Shown piece after piece: positions 12,701 through 27,145 of a DNA stretch of 64,000 nt. How positions within the stretch are numbered: position 1 is the first letter of the stretch; each line of letters opens with the position of its first letter. Source of the stretch: the human T2T-CHM13v2.0 reference genome, Homo sapiens. The notes below the pieces were generated by a model. It had not been told where the DNA came from. It worked only from the letters and a program-made list of their open reading frames with translations, and searched no databases. The translations under genes were made by a program, and so were the position numbers. The DNA is taken from NCBI RefSeq assembly GCF_009914755.1, contig NC_060928.1; one strand, 5' to 3'.

Positions 12701-13360
12701 TGGAATCCATCAATGTGGAATGTCTATGTGGGTTAAACTTTGTCTTAAATACTTCAGTCACCCCAAGGCCAAAGTGAGGAGAAAGATGCAGTTAAGATGA
12801 AGCTCATATTGTGAAACAAAAACTTTAAAAATAAAAGTTTTAGGAGAGTTGTGAGAAACAAAATATAGAAATTATAGCATAGTAACTGCTTTTTTTCCCT
12901 AAGTCACTTTCTTCAAGTTGCTAAGAGTTTTATCTCAACTGAGCTTTTAAAAATTTTACATCTATTTATAAAAATAATAGATCAAAATAATAAAGAAACT
13001 TTTGAGAAAATAAGAAAAACATCACTACATATCACTACAGAATCATAACCACCTTTGAATCAGCATGAAAACTTTTCTTTTTTTCCCTTAGTCATTTGAC
13101 TTATTGCTTGGTGTGAGTCTTGTTTACCACAAGACACAATTAAATGCACGCATCAGTTCAGTCATTTCTAACATAGCAACTTCCCTTTTTGCCAAGTGAT
13201 CTCATTTCCTATTTTTTTGGAAAGAAATACTAGTAACATGTAACGTGATCACTGCCATGTCAAAGATACATTTTTTTTGTAAACATTGGAGTAAATAATG
13301 CCTAAGTGTTTTAGAATAAATCTAATAAAGAAATTAGGTCTACACATAATTTTGTTTTAC

Positions 13361-13646
13361 TTTTTTTTTTTTTTCTTGCGACAGGCTCTCTGTCACCCAG
13401 GCTGGAGTACAGTGGCATGATAACAGCTCCCTGCAGCCTCGACCTCCCTGGCTCAAGTGATCTTCCCACCTCAGCCTCCTGAGTAGCTGGGACTACAGGC
13501 ATGCACCACCACGCCCGGCTAATATTTGTATATTTTTGTAGAGACAGAGTTTCATCATGTTGCCCAGGCTAGTCTTGAACTCCTGGGCTCAAGTGCTCCA
13601 CCTGAATTGGCCTTCCAAATTACAGGCATAGCCACCACAGTGAGCC
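13361..13646 (-). mobile_element. Alu (AluJ-like)
   Basis: Antisense Alu with J-type features (catgataacagctc, cctgggctcaagtg). Confidence 0.9.
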
Positions 13647-14092
13647 CTTTTTTTTTTTTTAATAAATTTAACAAAGAAAAGAAATAGCTACAAGTAAATA
13701 TTTACTTTTTTTTTTCATATTGAAGATTGGCTGATCTTAGCCTTTCTAAGTCCTTAATAAATGCCTGTTTACACAACTGGTGTCTTCCCCTAAACCTAAA
13801 CTTCAAACTTCAAACTCCAAACTCCACCGATTTGGATAGTATTAGAAATGGCATTCATATTAATGGTTATAGTACATTTTTTTACATGTGAATGCAAATG
13901 GAATTGTTAGGCATTAAAAAAGAAAGCTTATATAGTGGAAGAAAATAAAGCATCTAGACATAAGCTTTAAGAGATCTATTGTGTTAATACAGCTTTACTT
14001 TTTGAGTGGTAAGCTTTTAAAAAGAAATGTGGTGCTCTAACTCCAGGAAAAGATAAGGGTGACTGAAGTGATAGTCTAGAGGAAAAAGATGC

Positions 14093-14310
14093 AGACATTT
14101 ACTGAGTACCTCCAATGTGCCAGGTGCCATTCTGGGCATTTTCATTATGTTTCCTCATTTAATTCTCATGGTGATCCTTTGGAACTGTGTTATTCTCATT
14201 TTTACAGATGAGGTAACTGAGAGACAGTCAGATTAAAGAACTGCCTATGATTGTTTGGCTAATAATAAGTGGAGGGGTGAGGCTTGAAGGCAGGTTTGTC
14301 TTATTCCAAC
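14093..14310 (-). mobile_element. MIR element
   Basis: catttactgagtacctccaatgtgccagg...tattctcatttttacagatgaggtaactgag, MIR core. Confidence 0.7.
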
Positions 14311-15104
14311 ACCCATACATACCCTTAAATTTAAGTTATTCTGACTTGTGTTGCTCAAATCCAATGTGTTCAGCTGTTTGCTTCTCCAATTACCAAGATT
14401 TTTCTTTAAAAGGTAGGACACTTTTGGCAACACGAACCAACTTTGCTCAGTATTGTTATAAACTGTTAACTGGAGACATTTGAATTTGGAGATGGAACTG
14501 AAATGGTCTTGCGGTACTAGAGAAGATCAAGTTATCACATAAACAAAGTACAGAGCTGAGAACATATTTTAAATCTTTCCACTAACTCTGACTTTTATTG
14601 ACTAAAATTTTAGTGGGCAGTATGTTTATGTTTATGACTCTTAACATTAACAACATCGTAAGTCAAACTCACTAATATATGTTAAGCATTCTGTTTATGA
14701 TTCTTTTAACCTAGAGGATTGTTGAGCTGGGACTAATTTCCTCAAATGGGAAAAAAACCCAGGTGAGAGCTGAGACTGCTCCTGAGACTGAGAAAGGCAG
14801 CTCTGACGGGATCTCAGATTTTAGCAGCAGGAGTTGAACAATGGGCATAGAATCAGCTTGCCCAAGATCTCCTGATTAATAAACCATGGAACAAGATTTA
14901 AACCCAAGTTCATTTCATTTCAAAGCTCATACCACATTTTGCCCACCATATTTTGCTTTGTTATATGACTACAACTTAGTTCAGGCTTACAAAAAAGTCC
15001 TAATTCTAAAATTCCTATGGCGTGGGTGGGAGGGGATTTAGATGATTTTGCATAGGCAAGAAACACCCAGTTTCATGGAGTTTGATGGAAGAGTTATGTA
15101 CTAA

Positions 15105-15430
<326 letters not shown>

Positions 15431-18185
15431 GTCTTTGTTCTTTCTTGAACTCTTCCTTTTCTTGGGTGATAGACTTCGTCAACGTCTAATGAGGATATCT
15501 AGGTGCTAGTCTCTGCTCATCAAATGATTCTTATGGCTCAGGAGCCGAATGGGACGTAAATAAACAGTTAAGTCTCATGAACTCACTTTGCATTCATCTC
15601 TAGAAGATGACAAAACATTTGTATTTATGTGTAGCGTGGCACTTTAGTTAAACTTTGTACCCCACTTTGCTCTATTTTAAAGCAGAATATCCTTAAAAAG
15701 GATACTTAGTCCTGCTTTTTTTTTTCCGCCTAAGCCCATTTAGTCCTTCTACTCATTATGCAAGGACTCAAATGGTTATCTTTACAGAAGTGAGACAAGA
15801 TAGAATCAATGCTCTTGTAGTCACTTCATCTTTGTCCATTCCCACTTCTGATGGAGAGGGTTCTAGGACATAATGCACTGAAGGTTACATTGTGAGAGAT
15901 GAACAACATTTGCAAAAGAGGTCTTTTTGCCTTGGAAAGGCTTCATTCTTAAAAAAAAATGTGAGCATCAAGGTTAAGTAGACCTCATTAGCTCAAACTT
16001 TAAGGATGATATCAGGATAAAGTTGGGCCCATGAGAAGAGAATGAGAGGGAGATATAGTGACATGAAAATAAGGAGGAAAACGAGGTGTCTATGTAAGTT
16101 GGGCTCACCATAAATACAAAGGCAACCGTTAGGGAAAAGCAAAGAAGTCTTTGCACATCCTCAGAACTCTGAATGTCTTAGTGATGCTGTATGAGTGAGT
16201 CTTAATGATAGTGAACTGAATCAGTCAAGCCAGGTTGTGTCCATATGAGAATGTGTCTTTGCTAAACATGCCAACATCACTGAAGCAAAGAAACTTGGAG
16301 TTTTCTTTAAGATATAGGTCTTTTTTACCTATCCGGCCCAAGCTTTCTCTTCTTGTCACTCCATGCACTGTGTTCCGTATGCTAAATAGTTTGAGAAACC
16401 CAAATGGGCCATGTTCGCCTACATTTCATTGTCCTGTACTTCCTGTCCTGTACTAGCAAAGCAGTCCCATTGGTCTTTCTTCTCCTCATTAACAATAAAG
16501 GTAACACTTTTGATGTTGTTTCTTCAGAAAACCTTCATTCATCAAAACTGCCTCAAAGATCATGTTTGTTTGATTCCAGAACTTCCTGTAATTACCTGTA
16601 TTGTAACACTCATCACTGTATTTTACTTACTTGTGTAACTAATTTTCCATATTCTGCACTAGACAACAAAGTCCTTTAAGTCAGGTACTATATCTATTTA
16701 CATAGCATTCACATCTCCTACAATAAGGGACATTAGCAGATAAACAACACATATTAAATGAATAATGAAGTTTCTGAAATACTACAGTTGAAAACTATAG
16801 GAGCTACATTATATAGAATAAACATTTACTTTGCTATAGAATTCAGTGTAACCCAGGCATTATTTTATCCTCAAGTCTTAGGTTGGTTGGAGAAAGATAA
16901 CAAAAAGAAACATGATTGTGCAGAAACAGACAAACCTTTTTGGAAAGCATTTGAAAATGGCATTCCCCCTCCACAGTGTGTTCACAGTGTGGGCAAATTC
17001 ACTGCTCTGTCGTACTTTCTGAAAATGAAGAACTGTTACACCAAGGTGAATTATTTATAAATTATGTACTTGCCCAGAAGCGAACAGACTTTTACTATCA
17101 TAAGAACCCTTCCTTGGTGCTCTTTATCTACAGAATCCAAGACCTTTCAAGAAAGGTCTTGGATTCTTTTCTTCAGGACACTAGGACATAAAGCCACCTT
17201 TTTATGATTTGTTGAAATTTCTCACTCCATCCCTTTTGCTAGTGATCATGGGTCCTCAGAGGTCAGACTTGGTGTCCTTGGATAAAGAGCATGAAGCAAC
17301 AGTGGCTGAACCAGAGTTGGAACCCAGATGCTCTTTCCACTAAGCATACAACTTTCCATTAGATAACACCTCCCTCCCACCCCAACCAAGCAGCTCCAGT
17401 GCACCACTTTCTGGAGCATAAACATACCTTAACTTTACAACTTGAGTGGCCTTGAATACTGTTCCTATCTGGAATGTGCTGTTCTCTTTCATCTTCCTCT
17501 ATTGAAGCCCTCCTATTCCTCAATGCCTTGCTCCAACTGCCTTTGGAAGATTCTGCTCTTATGCCTCCACTGGAATTAATGTCTTAGTACCACTTGTCTA
17601 TTCTGCTATATAGTCAGTCCTTACATTGCTTTCTTCTTCTGATAGACCAAACTCTTTAAGGACAAGTACCTAGTCTTATCTATTTCTAGATCCCCCACAT
17701 TACTCAGAAAGTTACTCCATAAATGTTTGTGGAACTGATTTCTATGTGAAGCACATGTGCCCCTTCACTCTGTTAACATGCATTAGAAAACTAAATCTTT
17801 TGAAAAGTTGTAGTATGCCCCCTAAGAGCAGTAACAGTTCCTAGAAACTCTCTAAAATGCTTAGAAAAAGATTTATTTTAAATTACCTCCCCAATAAAAT
17901 GATTGGCTGGCTTATCTTCACCATCATGATAGCATCTGTAATTAACTGAAAAAAAATAATTATGCCATTAAAAGAAAATCATCCATGATCTTGTTCTAAC
18001 ACCTGCCACTCTAGTACTATATCTGTCACATGGTACTATGATAAAGTTATCTAGAAATAAAAAAGCATACAATTGATAATTCACCAAATTGTGGAGCTTC
18101 AGTATTTTAAATGTATATTAAAATTAAATTATTTTAAAGATCAAAGAAAACTTTCGTCATACTCCGTATTTGATAAGGAACAAAT

Positions 18186-18203
18186 AGGAAGTGTGATGAC
18201 TCA
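18186..18203 (+). promoter_or_regulatory. CXCL8: CXCL8 promoter ETS site (AGGAAGTG 18186-18193) and AP-1 site (TGACTCA 18197-18203)
   Basis: Exact AP-1 consensus at -126..-120 from the classical +1 (18323); well-established IL-8 promoter element. Confidence 0.95.
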
Positions 18204-18228
18204 GGTTTGCCCTGAGGGGATGGGCCAT

Positions 18229-18242
18229 CAGTTGCAAATCGT
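18229..18242 (+). promoter_or_regulatory. CXCL8: CXCL8 promoter C/EBP (NF-IL6) site, overlapping an Oct-1-like site on the opposite strand
   Basis: CAGTTGCAAATCGT at -94..-81. Confidence 0.92.
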
Positions 18243-18252
18243 GGAATTTCCT
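18242..18252 (+). promoter_or_regulatory. CXCL8: CXCL8 promoter NF-kB site
   Basis: TGGAATTTCCT at -81..-71, directly after the C/EBP site. Confidence 0.96.
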
Positions 18253-18302
18253 CTGACATAATGAAAAGATGAGGGTGCATAAGTTCTCTAGTAGGGTGAT
18301 GA

Positions 18303-18310
18303 TATAAAAA
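18303..18310 (+). promoter_or_regulatory. CXCL8: TATA box
   Basis: TATAAAAA, 20-31 bp upstream of the start region (18323 CTCCATAAGG / 18334 ACAAAC). Confidence 0.95.
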
Positions 18311-18423
18311 GCCACCGGAGCACTCCATAAGGCACAAACTTTCAGAGACAGCAGAGCACACAAGCTTCTAGGACAAGAGCCAGGAAGAAACCACCGGAAG
18401 GAACCATCTCACTGTGTGTAAAC

Positions 18424-18487
18424 ATGACTTCCAAGCTGGCCGTGGCTCTCTTGGCAGCCTTCCTGATTTCTGCAGCTCTGTGTGAAG
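18424..18487 (+). CDS. CXCL8: CXCL8 coding exon 1 (signal peptide)
   Basis: aacATGACTTCCAAG...TGTGAAG|gtaagc. Confidence 0.99.
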
Positions 18488-20228
18488 GTAAGCACATCTT
18501 TCTGACCTACAGCGTTTTCCTATGTCTAAATGTGATCCTTAGATAGCAAAGCTATTCTTGATGCTTTGGTAACAAACATCCTTTTTATTCAGAAACAGAA
18601 TATAATCTTAGCAGTCAATTAATGTTAAATTGAAGATTTAGAAAAAACTATATATAACACTTAGGAAAGTATAAAGTTTGATCAATATAGATATTCTGCT
18701 TTTATAATTTATACCAGGTAGCATGCATATATTTAACGTAAATAAGTAATTTATAGTATGTCCTATTGAGAACCACGGTTACCTGTATTATGTATTAATA
18801 TTGAGTTGAGCAAGGTAACTCAGACAATTCCACTCCTTGTAGTATTTCATTGACAAGCCTCAGATTTGTCATTAATTCCTGTCTGGTTTAAAGATACCCT
18901 GATTATAGACCAGGCATGTATAACTTATTTATATATTTCTGTTAATTCTTTCTGAAGGCAATTTCTATGCTGGAGAGTCTTAGCTTGCCTACTATAAATA
19001 ACACTGTGGTATCACAGAGGATTATGCAATATTGACCAGATAAAAATACCATGAAGATGTTGATATTGTACAAAAAGAACTCTAACTCTTTATATAGGAA
19101 GTTGTTCAATGTTGTCAGTTATGACTGTTTTTTAAAACAAAGAACTAACTGAGGTCAAGGGCTAGGAGAATATTCAGGAATGAGTTCACTAGAAACATGA
19201 TGCCTTCCATAGTCTCCAAATAATCATATTGGAATTAGAAAGGAAGTAGCTGGCAGAGCTGTGCCTGTTGATAAAATCAATCCTTAATCACTTTTTCCCC
19301 CAACAGGTGCAGTTTTGCCAAGGAGTGCTAAAGAACTTAGATGTCAGTGCATAAAGACATACTCCAAACCTTTCCACCCCAAATTTATCAAAGAACTGAG
19401 AGTGATTGAGAGTGGACCACACTGCGCCAACACAGAAATTATGTAAGTACTTTAAAAAAGATTAGATATTTTGTTTTAGCAAACTTAAAATTAAGGAAGG
19501 TGGAAATATTTAGGAAAGTTCCAGGTGTTAGGATTACAGTAGTAAATGAAACAAAACAAAATAAAAATATTTGTCTACATGACATTTAAATATGGTAGCT
19601 TCCACAACTACTATAAATGTTATTTTGGACTTAGACTTTATGCCTGACTTAAGGAATCATGATTTGAATGCAAAAACTAAATATTAATCTGAACCATTTC
19701 TTTCTTATTTCAGTGTAAAGCTTTCTGATGGAAGAGAGCTCTGTCTGGACCCCAAGGAAAACTGGGTGCAGAGGGTTGTGGAGAAGTTTTTGAAGAGGTA
19801 AGTTATATATTTTTTAATTTAAATTTTTCATTTATCCTGAGACATATAATCCAAAGTCAGCCTATAAATTTCTTTCTGTTGCTAAAAATCGTCATTAGGT
19901 ATCTGCCTTTTTGGTTAAAAAAAAAGGAATAGCATCAATAGTGAGTTTGTTGTACTTATGACCAGAAAGACCATACATAGTTTGCCCAGGAAATTCTGGG
20001 TTTAAGCTTGTGTCCTATACTCTTAGTAAAGTTCTTTGTCACTCCCAGTAGTGTCCTATTTTAGATGATAATTTCTTTGATCTCCCTATTTATAGTTGAG
20101 AATATAGAGCATTTCTAACACATGAATGTCAAAGACTATATTGACTTTTCAAGAACCCTACTTTCCTTCTTATTAAACATAGCTCATCTTTATATTTTTA
20201 ATTTTATTTTAGGGCTGAGAATTCATAA
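18424..20228 (+). CDS. CXCL8: C-X-C motif chemokine ligand 8 (interleukin-8), spliced CDS join(18424..18487,19307..19442,19714..19797,20213..20228)
   Basis: 64+136+84+16=300 nt; translates to [99 protein letters not shown]; signal peptide, ELR-CXC motif, four cysteines; all introns GT..AG. Confidence 0.99.
19307..19442 (+). CDS. CXCL8: CXCL8 exon 2 (ELRCQC motif)
   Basis: ttcccccaacag|GTGCAGTT...GAAATTAT|gtaagt. Confidence 0.99.
19714..19797 (+). CDS. CXCL8: CXCL8 exon 3
   Basis: ttatttcag|TGTAAAGC...TTGAAGAG|gtaagt. Confidence 0.99.
20213..20228 (+). CDS. CXCL8: CXCL8 exon 4 coding part (RAENS-stop)
   Basis: ttattttag|GGCTGAGAATTCATAA. Confidence 0.99.
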
Positions 20229-20326
20229 AAAAATTCATTCTCTGTGGTATCCAAGAATCAGTGAAGATGCCAGTGAAACTTCAAGCAAATCTACTTCAAC
20301 ACTTCATGTATTGTGTGGGTCTGTTG

Positions 20327-20699
20327 TAGGGTTGCCAGATGCAATACAAGATTCCTGGTTAAATTTGAATTTCAGTAAACAATGAATAGTTTTTCATTGT
20401 ACCATGAAATATCCAGAACATACTTATATGTAAAGTATTATTTATTTGAATCTACAAAAAACAACAAATAATTTTTAAATATAAGGATTTTCCTAGATAT
20501 TGCACGGGAGAATATACAAATAGCAAAATTGAGGCCAAGGGCCAAGAGAATATCCGAACTTTAATTTCAGGAATTGAATGGGTTTGCTAGAATGTGATAT
20601 TTGAAGCATCACATAAAAATGATGGGACAATAAATTTTGCCATAAAGTCAAATTTAGCTGGAAATCCTGGATTTTTTTCTGTTAAATCTGGCAACCCTA
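20327..20699. mobile_element. MER53-like hAT MITE remnant with perfect 14-bp terminal inverted repeats, in the CXCL8 3'UTR
   Basis: TAGGGTTGCCAGAT (20327-20340) / ATCTGGCAACCCTA (20686-20699); internal gttaaatttgaatttcag matches MER53 as recalled; flanks gtctgttg / gtctgcta (6/8) resemble an 8-bp TSD. Confidence 0.7.
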
Positions 20700-20820
20700 G
20701 TCTGCTAGCCAGGATCCACAAGTCCTTGTTCCACTGTGCCTTGGTTTCTCCTTTATTTCTAAGTGGAAAAAGTATTAGCCACCATCTTACCTCACAGTGA
20801 TGTTGTGAGGACATGTGGAA

Positions 20821-20828
20821 GCACTTTA
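20821..20828 (+). promoter_or_regulatory. CXCL8: miR-17/20/93/106 family 8mer seed match (overlaps the miR-302/520 seed match AGCACTT)
   Basis: aaGCACTTTA in the 3'UTR. Confidence 0.75.
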
Positions 20829-20877
20829 AGTTTTTTCATCATAACATAAATTATTTTCAAGTGTAACTTATTAACCT

Positions 20878-20901
20878 ATTTATTATTTATGTATTTATTT
20901 A
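20878..20901 (+). promoter_or_regulatory. CXCL8: AU-rich element core (4 clustered AUUUA)
   Basis: ATTTA at 20878, 20885, 20893, 20897; known IL-8 mRNA instability element. Confidence 0.92.
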
Positions 20902-21030
20902 AGCATCAAATATTTGTGCAAGAATTTGGAAAAATAGAAGATGAATCATTGATTGAATAGTTATAAAGATGTTATAGTAAATTTATTTTATTTTAGATAT
21001 TAAATGATGTTTTATTAGATAAATTTCAAT

Positions 21031-21160
21031 CAGGGTTTTTAGATTAAACAAACAAACAATTGGGTACCCAGTTAAATTTTCATTTCAGATATACAACAAA
21101 TAATTTTTTAGTATAAGTACATTATTGTTTATCTGAAATTTTAATTGAACTAACAATCCT
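21031..21160. mobile_element. Second, internally deleted MER53-like element in the CXCL8 3'UTR
   Basis: cagggtt..cccagttaaattttcatttcagatatacaacaaataattttttagtataagta..ttgtttatctgaaatt follows the palindromic MER53 consensus as recalled. Confidence 0.7.
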
Positions 21161-21457
21161 AGTTTGATACTCCCAGTCTTGTCATTGCCAGCTGTGTTGG
21201 TAGTGCTGTGTTGAATTACGGAATAATGAGTTAGAACTATTAAAACAGCCAAAACTCCACAGTCAATATTAGTAATTTCTTGCTGGTTGAAACTTGTTTA
21301 TTATGTACAAATAGATTCTTATAATATTATTTAAATGACTGCATTTTTAAATACAAGGCTTTATATTTTTAACTTTAAGATGTTTTTATGTGCTCTCCAA
21401 ATTTTTTTTACTGTTTCTGATTGTATGGAAATATAAAAGTAAATATGAAACATTTAA

Positions 21458-21510
21458 AATATAATTTGTTGTCAAAGTAATCAAGTGTTTGTCTTTTTTT
21501 TAGTTTTAGC
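21458..21510 (+). terminator. CXCL8: Probable CXCL8 polyadenylation signal (variant AATATA 21458-21463) with downstream U/GU-rich element
   Basis: No AATAAA near the recalled mRNA end; AATATA about 17 nt before 21480; gtgtttgtcttttttttagtttt follows. Confidence 0.6.
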
Positions 21511-22358
21511 TTATTGGGATTCTCTTTGTTTATATTTAAAATTATACTTTGATTTAGAAAACATAAATGCTTCCCCTTAGCATTTTGTTTATGGAAAATT
21601 ACAAACTTTTATTTTTAGAAAACAGAACTCCTTTCCAGAAATAGGTTACAAACAGTAGTGTCCTCCACAGAATGTTGGAAATGTTTTCAACTCCCCACTG
21701 TATACTATCTTGCTAATAAGTCTGTCTTCAGATTTCGATTAACCGGTTTGTATGTCTGTGCACTTTAGCATAGCTGGACATTTAAAGAGGAAAGAGAGTA
21801 CATATTATAAGTTGCTTATCAGTAACTGAGGAGTAAAACTGATAAATGTGAGGCAAAGAAGTTTAAAATATGGTTAAAGCCTAAGCATATTTGCAAACAA
21901 ATCAAACAATACTCTGAGAAGTAAAAACATAATTATTTAATTAACAAATTTCAGTGGATAAATTTTATAACAAATTAGACACAGTTGAAAATAAAATTAG
22001 AAAACTAGAAAATAGAACCAAAGAACTTCTGGAATTCTTATAAGAGAGATAAAGAGGTAGAAATTTGGAGAAAGAAGTCGAAAGGCGTAGAGGATACAGG
22101 TGTAAGCTCTAATAGATGTCTAATTGGATTGTCACAAGCAGAAGAGAGAGGAAAGGGTCAGAGACAACATTTGAAGTGACAATGGCAAAAATCTTTCGGA
22201 AATGATGAAAAATAACAATCGATGTTTCAACAAATCCAATGTATCAACATTTACCTTTATATTCCTACTCAAAAAACAAGGATTTTGGAACTTTTACGTT
22301 TAACCACCTTCTAGCTCATACGCTATTGTTGCTGGGTATTTTAAGTTCACTTCTTTTT

Positions 22359-24595
<2,237 letters not shown>

Positions 24596-25520
24596 TCATT
24601 TGTTTTCCATTCTTTCTCATGTTATGTCTCAGGCCTTTTATACCAGTTTCTTTCTGCCACAAAGACATCCTTAGAATTTAGTTTAGTGATGGTCTGGTGA
24701 AGACAAATTTTCTCATTGGTTGTCCAAAGGAAGCTTAATTCCAAGTTTGTTCTTGAGAGGTATTTTTGCTGGCATATGTTCAATTTGTCAGAATATTTGT
24801 CAATTGTAAACTTTTGTGCACTTAATAAAAGAATATCAAAAATATATAATGTATACATTCTTATAACTAGAAGGAACAGGCAACACATAAACAAACCATT
24901 GCAATAGGAGACTTACAATAAACTCTTAGTAATTGATTGTCCAAGAAGACAGAAAGCAACATGGGCTTAGCAAATTTTAACAGCACATTATCAAGCCTGA
25001 CCTAAGAGATATGTATGAGACATGGTGGATAACAACTTTAGGATATACATTGTTGTGTAAGTCCCCATTGACAGGACCGGCTTCATAATTTGAAGAGTGT
25101 AATGCAAAATAAAAATGTAGGAACTTGTGTTCAAAAATTATTAAAAATGTAATAGTAACAGTTGTGATAGCAAATCAATAACACATGCATGGAACCCTTC
25201 TGAACATGAGCCCTGTACAAGTATACAGGTCCCACACCCATGAAGCAGACCCTGCCCATAGAATATTTATGAAATTTATCACATTCTGAGGCATAAAACA
25301 AGTCTCAACAAATTTCAAAGAATTCATGTTATATAGACCACATCATCCAAATATTTTTCAATTCATTTAGAATTCAACCGCAAAAATATAAGTACTAAAA
25401 AGCCCATATGTTTGGAAAACAATAAACACTTCTAAATAAATTGTCTGTGCAAAGAAAATCAGAATGAAAATTCAAAAATTTTTAGAATACAATTATATAA
25501 ATACTGTATATCAAAACATG

Positions 25521-25995
25521 TGTGCAGTTGATAGAGTAATGGCATTCCAAGAGATGTTCATGCTCTAACCCGTGAAATCTTTGAATATGTTACCTTACAC
25601 AGCCAGAGACTTTGCAGGTGTGATTATGTTAAAGATTTCAAGATTGGAAATTATCCAGGAGTATTTGTATGGGCCTGATGTAATTGATATAATCATAAGG
25701 GTCTTCATAAGAGGAAGGCAGGATGGTCAGATACAGAGAAAGAGATGTGATCATGGAAAGGAAAGAAGTGTTACAGGGAAAAGCCCAGGAGTCAAGGAAT
25801 ACAGGTGCCTTTAGAAGCTGGAAAGGCAAGGAAATGGATTCTCTCCTAGAGGCTCCAGAAAGAACATAACACATCTACACTTTGGATTGAGAACTTCTGA
25901 CCTTCAGAATCCTAAGATTTATAATAATAAATTGGTGGTGTTTTATGCCACAAAGTTTATGGTAACTTTCTTTAGCAGCAATAGAAAACATAAAC
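25521..25995 (+). mobile_element. MLT1 (MLT1D-like) MaLR solo LTR
   Basis: gaatatgttaccttacacagccagagactttgcaggtgtgatta...gaaatggattctctcctagaggctccagaa...ttagcagcaatagaaaac. Confidence 0.8.
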
Positions 25996-27145
25996 TGTTT
26001 AATGAAATTAATTTAATATTACTAGTAAGTATTTTATACTTACAACTGTAGTGATTATATTAGAAAAAAGAATAAAGATAGTAAAATAATAAAAATAGAA
26101 AAGTAATAAAGAACTGAGCAAAGCATTAATACATCAACAGAGGATTTACACAAGTTGGTTGTTTTGAAAGAGTAATAAAATTGATAAAATTGAATTGAAA
26201 ATAAAACAAACTATGATTAACAGCACTAAATTTGAAAAGAGATTAATGGACATATTTCTACAATATTGTATTTCCAAATCTAACTCAAGAATTTAAAAAA
26301 AATCTATAGAATTCAATAACAATCAAGGACATATTAATCAATATTTTAAAATATTTCTACTAAGAAAAAAATAAGTAAGCCACACAATTTTATCAGAACT
26401 CATTCATAAAAACACATTACAAAAATTTTTAAAGAACACAGTATTAAGACAAAAACATTTAAAGATTTTAATACATCATAACAAACAATACAACTTAATA
26501 ACTGAATACAACTTAAATAACTGAAGATCAATTAATGAAACTCACAAGCATTGACAAATGATATTAAGGTAGTAAAGGAGAAAAAACTTGATCATCTCAA
26601 TGGATTCAGAAATAACCTGGGATATGACTTAACATCCAATCATTTTAAAGAAAAAAAATCCTCTAGGAATGAGAGGAAACTACTTTAAACCTATAAAAGT
26701 TACAATAAAACAAACAAAAATCACAGCATACTCAAGACTTAAGAGTTAATTTAAAAATAGTAATATATACAATTGAAGCAAAACGGGTTTCCATTATCAC
26801 CACTTCCATTCAATTTTTTATTGAAAGTCCTGGGCAATGCAGGAAGATAGGAACAAAGATATTAAAAAGTAACAATTGGGAAAGAAAAAAATAAAAGGTA
26901 GAACTCAAAAGATTATATAAAGATAATTGATTAACTTTAAACAATTTTGCTGGGTATGAAAACAATTTATAAAAACAAATTGCTTCTCTGTATACCAGGA
27001 ACAATTAGAAAAGGCAGCTTAAAGCATACTATATAAACTAGCATCATCATTTAAATCAACAAGAAATAAATCTAACAAAGCTGTGTAAGAAATGTGTGAA
27101 GAATATTATTATACTTTATTAAACCCCCAAGATTGGAGATCATCC

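Larger units (their letters stand above)
20229..21480 (+). other. CXCL8: CXCL8 3'UTR
   Basis: AU-rich; recalled mRNA end ...ttgttgtcaaagtaa, followed by a U/GU-rich tract. Confidence 0.85.

Noticed and set aside
13790-13826. Short ctaaac/ttcaaac/tccaaac repeat resembling a telomere-like motif
   Set aside because: Only about 5 degenerate 6-7-bp units and not TTAGGG; ordinary slippage
17992-17997. Glucocorticoid response half-site TGTTCT at about -330
   Set aside because: A half-site only; function cannot be supported from sequence
26486-26526. 18-bp tandem duplication aatacaacttaataactg
   Set aside because: Lies inside decayed L1 and creates no recognisable motif
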